Of a stretch of DNA of 64,000 nucleotides, positions 58,663 to 64,000 are shown piece after piece (positions within the stretch are counted from its first letter, which is position 1; the number at the start of each line of letters is the position of its first letter). A program made the translations under genes and the position numbers. The notes beneath the pieces are model-generated. The model was given only the letters and a program-made list of their open reading frames with translations. It did not search any database and was not told the DNA's origin. The stretch is from NCBI GenBank assembly GCA_964352085.1, contig CAYGPN010000009.1:44539-108538 (forward strand), read 5' to 3'. This stretch comes from an uncultured Gammaproteobacteria bacterium (GTDB lineage Bacteria > Cyanobacteriota > Vampirovibrionia > LMEP-6097 > CAYGPN01).

Positions 58663-59877
58663 ATGAAATCAATAAAAAGAGAAATTAACCAAGATATTTT
58701 AAAATATCTTGGAAACGATCAAATACTGCTTTTAATTGGTGCAAGGCAGGTAGGTAAGACTACAATTCTGAGGCAGATCAAGACTCATCTAGAAGTTCAA
58801 AGCTTGCAGACTCATTTTATTAATTTAGAAGATCCAGAGTACTTAGCATTAATAAATGAATCACCTAAAAATCTTTTTAAAATATTGTCTATAAATCTAG
58901 AAAGTAAATCTTATATTTTTATAGACGAGATTCAGTATCTAGATAATCCTAGTAATTTTTTGAAATATTTTTATGATGAATACGGCGAGAAAATGAAGCT
59001 TATAGTTTCAGGTTCTTCTGCCTTTTATATAGACTCAAAATTTCAAGATTCGTTAGCTGGAAGAAAAAAGATCTTTTATGTGCGCAACTTGTCATTTAGT
59101 GAATTTCTATTATTTAAAGACCAAGAAGCATTATCTAAAAAAAGCTATATCTCTTTAAGTCTTAAAGAGAAAGACATAGTGCAGCGTGCTTTTGAGGAGT
59201 ATCTTGTCTATGGAGGCTATCCTAGAGTGGCTCTAAGCTCTGATCTTGAAGAGAAAAAAGAGATTTTAAGAGAGCTTGCTTACTCATATATTAAAAAAGA
59301 TATTTTTGAATCAAAAATTAAAGATGATAAGTCTTTTTATGCTTTGATGAGAATTCTGGCTGACCAAGTAGGCTCACTAGTTAATTCAAATGAACTGGCG
59401 TCTACCCTAGCTATTTCCAAGTCTAGTGTTGATAACTATCTAAATATCTTGCAGAAATCTTTTCATATATTTTTAGTGAAACCTTTTAGTAAAAACATAC
59501 GTAAAGAGCTTACTAAAATGCCTAAAGTCTATTTTGCTGATATGGGCTTGAGGAATTTTCTGGTGCGCGACTTTGAGCCATATGCTCTTAGAAGTGATAA
59601 AGGAGAGCTTTTAGAGAATATAGTTTTTAGGAAACTTTTAGATACTAATCATCATGAGGATATTATGTTTTGGAGAACTGCTGAAAAGCAAGAGCTAGAC
59701 TTTGTCTTGCAGGATAAAGCTGCAATTGAAGTTAAGGCTAATCCAGAAAAGTTTAATGTCAAAAAATACCAAAAATTTATAGAAGTTTATCCGGAAAAAG
59801 AGCTTAGTTTGGTTTCTTATGATTACAAAGGCTCTGCAGACTTTCCGGTTAAATATAAAGATGTTTTAGAGCTTTAA
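58663..59877 (+). CDS. AAA+ ATPase of the COG1373/DUF4143 type with a C-terminal PD-(D/E)xK-like segment (paralog 3).
   Basis: Walker A IGARQVGKTT, Walker B IFIDEIQ, and C-terminal QELDFVLQDKAAIEVK. Confidence 0.6.
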   Translation: MKSIKREINQDILKYLGNDQILLLIGARQVGKTTILRQIKTHLEVQSLQTHFINLEDPEYLALINESPKNLFKILSINLESKSYIFIDEIQYLDNPSNFLKYFYDEYGEKMKLIVSGSSAFYIDSKFQDSLAGRKKIFYVRNLSFSEFLLFKDQEALSKKSYISLSLKEKDIVQRAFEEYLVYGGYPRVALSSDLEEKKEILRELAYSYIKKDIFESKIKDDKSFYALMRILADQVGSLVNSNELASTLAISKSSVDNYLNILQKSFHIFLVKPFSKNIRKELTKMPKVYFADMGLRNFLVRDFEPYALRSDKGELLENIVFRKLLDTNHHEDIMFWRTAEKQELDFVLQDKAAIEVKANPEKFNVKKYQKFIEVYPEKELSLVSYDYKGSADFPVKYKDVLEL

Positions 59878-61214
59878 AGACTATTAGCGCTAGTAATCTT
59901 GCCTTTAATCGCTGAAGCAGCTACAGTAGCTGGGCTTGCTAAATGAGCTCTAGATCCTGTACCCATACGTCCAGGGAAATTGCGGTTTGTTGATGACACG
60001 CATCTGTTTTTAGGAGCAACTACTCCCATGCTCATTCCTAGGCATGGCCCGCAACTAGCATGCGTCCAAAGCGCGCCAGCATCTTGGAAAATATCATGCA
60101 AACCTTCTTTCTCTGCTTGCCTTTTAACAGCCTGAGAGCCTGGAGTTATGATAGTTGGCACAGCTACTTTCTTTCCTTTTAAAATATCAGCAGCAATTCT
60201 CAAATCAGAAATTCGAGCGTTTGTGCAGCTACCTATAAAAGCTTGGTCAATTTCTAAATCACCAACTTTATCACCAATTTTAAGTCCCATATAATCTAGA
60301 GATTTGTTTTCAGCATCTTTAGGAATAGTGCCTGTCGTAGAGACAGTCTCACCAGGATTTGTGCCCCAAGTAATTTGAGGCTCGAGTTTAGAAATATCTA
60401 GTTCAACAACCTCATCATAACTAGCATCAGCATCGGCTTTAAACTGTGACCATTTTTCTTTTAATTTTTCAAACTCAGCAGGGTCTTTTGGAAGCATCTC
60501 TTTACCTTTAAGGTATTCAAAAGTCACTTCGTCAGCTTCTATCATCCCGCTTGTAGCGCCAGCTTCAATAGCCATATTACAGATAGTCATGCGCTCTTCC
60601 ATATCAAGATCTTTAATAGCATCACCAGTGTATTCAAGCACGCAGCCAGTCCCACCTTTAAAAGTTACTTTATTAATGATCGCTAGAATGATATCTTTAG
60701 CGTAAACACCAGGCTTTCTTTTACCAGTAACATTGATTTTCATTACCTTAGGTTTTTTAAGAAGCAAGCACTGAGATAACATCGCACCAGCATTAGCAGT
60801 AGTTCCAATTCCTAAAGCAAAACATGCAAAGGCACCATTAGTGCAAGTATGACTATCACCGCAACAAAGAGTCATGCCTGGCTGCACGTAACCGCGTTCA
60901 GGAGCAACGATATGACAAATACCATTTTCACCAATATCAAAATGTCTAATGCCATGTTTTTTAGACCACTTTCTTAAAAGCTCTGCTTGAATAGCTGTAG
61001 CGGTATCTTTAGCTGGAGCCACGTGATCATTAATAGCTAGTATGCGATCTGGCTCGTAAATCTTACCGCCAAACTCTTCATCAATTTGAATAGCGCCTTG
61101 TGGAGTTGTGATTTCATGAGCCACGATGCGATCCATGAAAATTAAATAGTTGCCGCCCTCAAGCTCTTCAACTACATGTGCGTTCCATACTTTTTCAAAT
61201 AATGACTGTCCCAT
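59874..61214 (-). CDS. leuC: 3-isopropylmalate / homoaconitate-type dehydratase large subunit (archaeal-type LeuC, aconitase family).
   Basis: Aconitase-family Fe-S ligands GSCTNARISDL and ASCGPCLG; about 420-450 aa, the archaeal-type size. Confidence 0.7.
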   Translation of the reverse strand: MGQSLFEKVWNAHVVEELEGGNYLIFMDRIVAHEITTPQGAIQIDEEFGGKIYEPDRILAINDHVAPAKDTATAIQAELLRKWSKKHGIRHFDIGENGICHIVAPERGYVQPGMTLCCGDSHTCTNGAFACFALGIGTTANAGAMLSQCLLLKKPKVMKINVTGKRKPGVYAKDIILAIINKVTFKGGTGCVLEYTGDAIKDLDMEERMTICNMAIEAGATSGMIEADEVTFEYLKGKEMLPKDPAEFEKLKEKWSQFKADADASYDEVVELDISKLEPQITWGTNPGETVSTTGTIPKDAENKSLDYMGLKIGDKVGDLEIDQAFIGSCTNARISDLRIAADILKGKKVAVPTIITPGSQAVKRQAEKEGLHDIFQDAGALWTHASCGPCLGMSMGVVAPKNRCVSSTNRNFPGRMGTGSRAHLASPATVAASAIKGKITSANSL

Positions 61215-61239
61215 ATCTGTTCTATATTAGCATTTAGCT

Positions 61240-61267
61240 GGATTGCTTCGCTTTACTCGCAATGACA
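61240..61267. repeat. Partial copy of the palindromic repeat element (ggattgcttcgctttactcgcaatgaca).
   Basis: Matches the 3' half of the unit; lies between leuC and the chaperonin gene. Confidence 0.7.
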
Positions 61268-61270
61268 GGC

Positions 61271-62851
61271 TTAAACATTTCTAGCTTGCAGCACTGTATT
61301 AATTTTTAAGATTTGACAAGCAATCTCTGAAGCGATTTTAAAAGCATTAATCTTTACCTCTAAAGGATCTAATATCCCAGCTTCAAGTAAATTTATAATT
61401 CCGCCAGTCTCTAGGTCATAGCCAGCCACTGATTTATTAGCTTTTAGACTGATGTTTTGTCCATTTAAAATAGTTTCGAGCATTAGCTCTGAATCAAAAC
61501 CAGCGTTCTCTACTATCTGATTGAACAAAGCAGCAAGGCTGTGTTTCACAATTTCCATTCCAGCTATTACGTCTTCTTGGTATAACTTTTCTTTATTAGA
61601 TTTCGCTATTAATTTATCTAATGGTCTGATTGCATTAAGCTCAGCAATGCCTTCACCCAGCACAAAACCAGATCTGTAAGCAGCTTGCATAGCTTTCGCT
61701 GCGTCAATAGCTATGCGTTCTTTTTCATTAGCTAAAACAGATGTTTCTGCTGAAATTAAAACTGTTGGTAGGTAAAATTTATCGCCCTCTATGCTAATTC
61801 CACCAAGCTCAGCTTCTAGATTTAATTTTTTAATTTTACCGCTTAGTTTTTTTACTGCTTCAGCTGATGTTATATTAAAAAGATTTTGCCTAGTTAGCAT
61901 TTTAGTCCCTGAGCATAGTGCTATAGCTTTTAAATCTTGTTTTTGTATTTGAGTTAAAACAAAAATGCCTTCTTTTACAAAATACTCTTCGATATTTTGG
62001 TACATAGAAGCATCTACAAAAACCGCTTTGACTCCAGCTTTAGCAATAGTCTTAGCTGTTTCTCTTATTACTTGAATGTTGTTTGAAAATTTCTTAACGC
62101 CCTCATCAGTTGTTACTGACTCCGGTGGAACTGCTTCAGGCTCAAAAGCACCCTCAATTACCAAAACAGAAATATCTTTAAAGGTTTTATAGTCATAATT
62201 AAAATGACTTTTCTTTTTAACGAATAATCCATCTATGATTTTAGTTTCATGACCCGGGTAAGCTTTAATCAAAGTAGAAAAATCAAAACTTTTATCTATA
62301 AAAAAGTCTTCACCGTGTTTTTTGTTTTTCTTTAATAGCTTGGATGCTGCATTGATGACAGTTTCAGCTATCTTTTTTTCATTCCTTGCTGAAATAAGAG
62401 TGAGTGCTAGAAGATTTTCATCATCTATGCCCTCTATTTTTTGTGCTTGTTTTTTCAAATCATCTAAAACGCTTTTAAGCCCAAGTTCAATACCTCTAAT
62501 GAGTCTAGTAGCTGAAATCCCTGATCTAATTCTGTAAAGTGCTTCAGTTAATAATGCATCAGTTAGAATCGTTGCTGTAGTAGTGCCATCACCTACTTTA
62601 GATTCTTGAGCCTTCGCTACTTCTATAGCTAATTTAGCAGCAGGGTGACTAAGTTCTATTTTAGAAAGAATCTCAACACCATCATTTGTGCAAGAATAAT
62701 CGCCGTATTGATCAACTAGCATAACGTCTAAACCCTTAGGACCAACAGTTCCGCGAATTGTTGCAGCTAAAGATTGAATTGCAGCGATATTAGAACTAAG
62801 AATTTCTATATAGCTATTTTGGATATTTTCGCTTCTTTTGTTATTTTCCAT
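61271..62851 (-). CDS. Group II chaperonin (thermosome/CCT-like Cpn60), not GroEL.
   Basis: [13 protein letters not shown] (compare thermosome TLGPKGMDKMLVD), …[44 protein letters not shown]… (compare …[43 protein letters not shown]…). Confidence 0.75.
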   Translation of the reverse strand: [526 protein letters not shown]

Positions 62852-63013
62852 CTTTTATATATAAGTATAAAACTTGGCTGGCTTTTCTTGCCGCTTATCT
62901 ATTATTTACACAGTTTTAGGGCTTTTTAAGCATTTTTGATTTTTTTAAAGGTCTTAACTAGAGCTTAACCATGCCTTGATATAAAACATTAGACGGTAAA
63001 ACGGAGAAAAATC

Positions 63014-63508
63014 ATGGGAAGAAGCATAACAGCAAGTCAGAGTCAATTAACCAAGCTAAAAAGTCTTGAGCAATCAGCCCAAGAGAAGATAGATTCTTTA
63101 GGTGCTGGAGTTCAAAGCGCGGCAGATAAGCAGGCCTTAAATATAGAACTAGGTAGATTATCTCAAATTCGTGGTCAAATCTCGTCAGTAAATGCTGAAA
63201 TCAGATCAACTGAAGGTACTGATACTGATAAAAAAGACGCTAAAAAGCAGTCTGAAATTAAAGACGATGTAAAAGCTGAAGATAGTAAGCATGTTTCAAA
63301 AACTGAAAGTTCATCAAAGAGTGGTGGTTCTAAAGGTCTAAGCTATTTAGATCCAGCACCAGAAGCTAAAGACACCAAGAACATCGGTGCTTATGGTCAG
63401 TCTAATACTCAAAGCTCGCCAGCAGCTGATACTAAAAATGCTGATGCAGCTAAAAGTGATTCTGCGAAAGGTAAAACAGATACTTCTAATAAGAGCAAAA
63501 ATAAGTAA
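63014..63508 (+). CDS. Hypothetical Ser/Lys/Asp-rich low-complexity protein.
   Basis: 164-aa ORF followed by a strong rho-independent terminator. Confidence 0.4.
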   Translation: MGRSITASQSQLTKLKSLEQSAQEKIDSLGAGVQSAADKQALNIELGRLSQIRGQISSVNAEIRSTEGTDTDKKDAKKQSEIKDDVKAEDSKHVSKTESSSKSGGSKGLSYLDPAPEAKDTKNIGAYGQSNTQSSPAADTKNADAAKSDSAKGKTDTSNKSKNK

Positions 63509-63534
63509 ACAAGTATAGGAAAGTGAGGTTCATA

Positions 63535-63563
63535 AAGATCGGGTGAAAACCCGATCTTTTTTT
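63535..63563 (+). terminator. Rho-independent terminator (aaagatcggg-tgaaaa-cccgatcttt plus a T7 run).
   Basis: Perfect 10-bp stem, 6-nt loop and a T-run, directly after the stop of the 63014-63508 ORF. Confidence 0.7.
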
Positions 63564-63568
63564 GCGTT

Positions 63569-63753
63569 GTCATCACGAGCGAAGTGTGTTGTCATCACGA
63601 GCGAAGCGTGTTGTCATCACGAGCGAAGCGTGTCGTCATCACGAGCGAAGCGTGTCGTCATCACGAGCGAAGCGTGGTGATCCCATGGATTGCTTCGCCA
63701 GTAGGCTCGCAATGACAGCTAGGCTCGCAATGACAGCTAGGCCCGCAATGACA
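63569..63753. repeat. Tandem array of five 22-bp units (tYgtcatcacgagcgaagYgtg), one palindromic core, then three units of ctaggcYcgcaatgaca. It is a repeat-element variant with no spacers.
   Basis: Directly visible. The unit is half of the palindromic element found elsewhere. Confidence 0.85.
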
Positions 63754-63799
63754 TTTTCTTAACTTCGGCTTAACCAAGGCTTTGTAAACTAGCTAAGTA

Positions 63800-64000
63800 A
63801 TGAGTTCAACATCGGCTGGAGGAAATAATGCAAGCACAAGCGCACAAATGCGCCAAGCGATGCTGCGTAATACCCAGATTAAGCAGGCCGCAACAGAAGA
63901 AAAACCGGCTCAGAAAAAAGTAGATAAGAAAAAGTCTTTAAAAGCTGAAAAGCAAGAAATAATAAAACAAAATTCAATAGCAAGAGAAGGCGTGGATCGT
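63800..64000 (+). CDS. Start of a Lys-rich hypothetical protein, truncated by the window end.
   Basis: ATG at 63800 (MSSTSAGGNNASTSAQMRQAMLRNTQIKQAATEEKPAQKK…) stays open to the window end. An alternative ATG lies at 63828. Confidence 0.3.
   Translation, partial: MSSTSAGGNNASTSAQMRQAMLRNTQIKQAATEEKPAQKKVDKKKSLKAEKQEIIKQNSIAREGVDR

Noticed and set aside
63569-63753. Possible CRISPR array.
   Set aside because: The 22-bp units are directly adjacent with no unique spacers, there are no cas genes, and the units are fragments of the dispersed palindromic element.
1-64000. tRNA, rRNA or other structured RNA genes.
   Set aside because: Scanning the intergenic regions showed no T-loop GGTTCGAATCC-like motifs or rRNA-like conserved blocks. 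The intergenic regions are mostly short promoters/terminators or the palindromic repeat elements.

Overview
Visibly AT-rich bacterial chromosomal window with no rRNA, tRNA, CRISPR, integrase or transposase genes recognisable. Gram-negative-type envelope signals are present: TatA, lipoprotein lipoboxes, an SLT lytic transglycosylase and secreted proteins. Many ribosome-binding sites look like GGAGG. Housekeeping genes found: rplK-rplA, dnaN, prs, queG, nadK, nadC, cysC, aroA, folB-pabB-folE, tlyA, an archaeal-type LeuC/LeuD pair, a group II (thermosome-like) chaperonin, gatD, two FKBP PPIases, a CDF transporter, a lone NuoN/MrpD-like subunit and a GAF histidine kinase. The accessory content is more interesting. 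(1) A four-gene minus-strand cluster (12355-19025) encodes signal-peptide-bearing proteins that look like phage tail fibres and adhesins, with collagen-like GPAGP runs, tail-fibre repeat motifs, YadA-head-like repeats and seven Cys-bracketed DNDGDG calcium-binding-like repeats. No other phage genes accompany it. (2) A family of modular palindromic repeat elements of about 60 bp sits at seven intergenic loci in both orientations. Inverted copies flank a gene for a eukaryote-like FCP1/NIF-type DxDxT phosphatase. (3) Three dispersed AAA+ DUF4143-type ATPase paralogs carry a C-terminal PD-(D/E)xK-like motif; two have palindromic operator-like sites in their promoters. (4) A cluster of DnaA-box-like 9-mers plus an AT-rich stretch lies upstream of dnaN with no dnaA present, a candidate oriC. 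(5) Eukaryote-like domains (an ankyrin-repeat protein, a proline-rich giant membrane protein) and tandem secreted metzincin-type proteases suggest a host-associated or predatory lifestyle. Taxonomy cannot be assigned from the sequence alone. All calls come from reading motifs by eye; no database searches were run.
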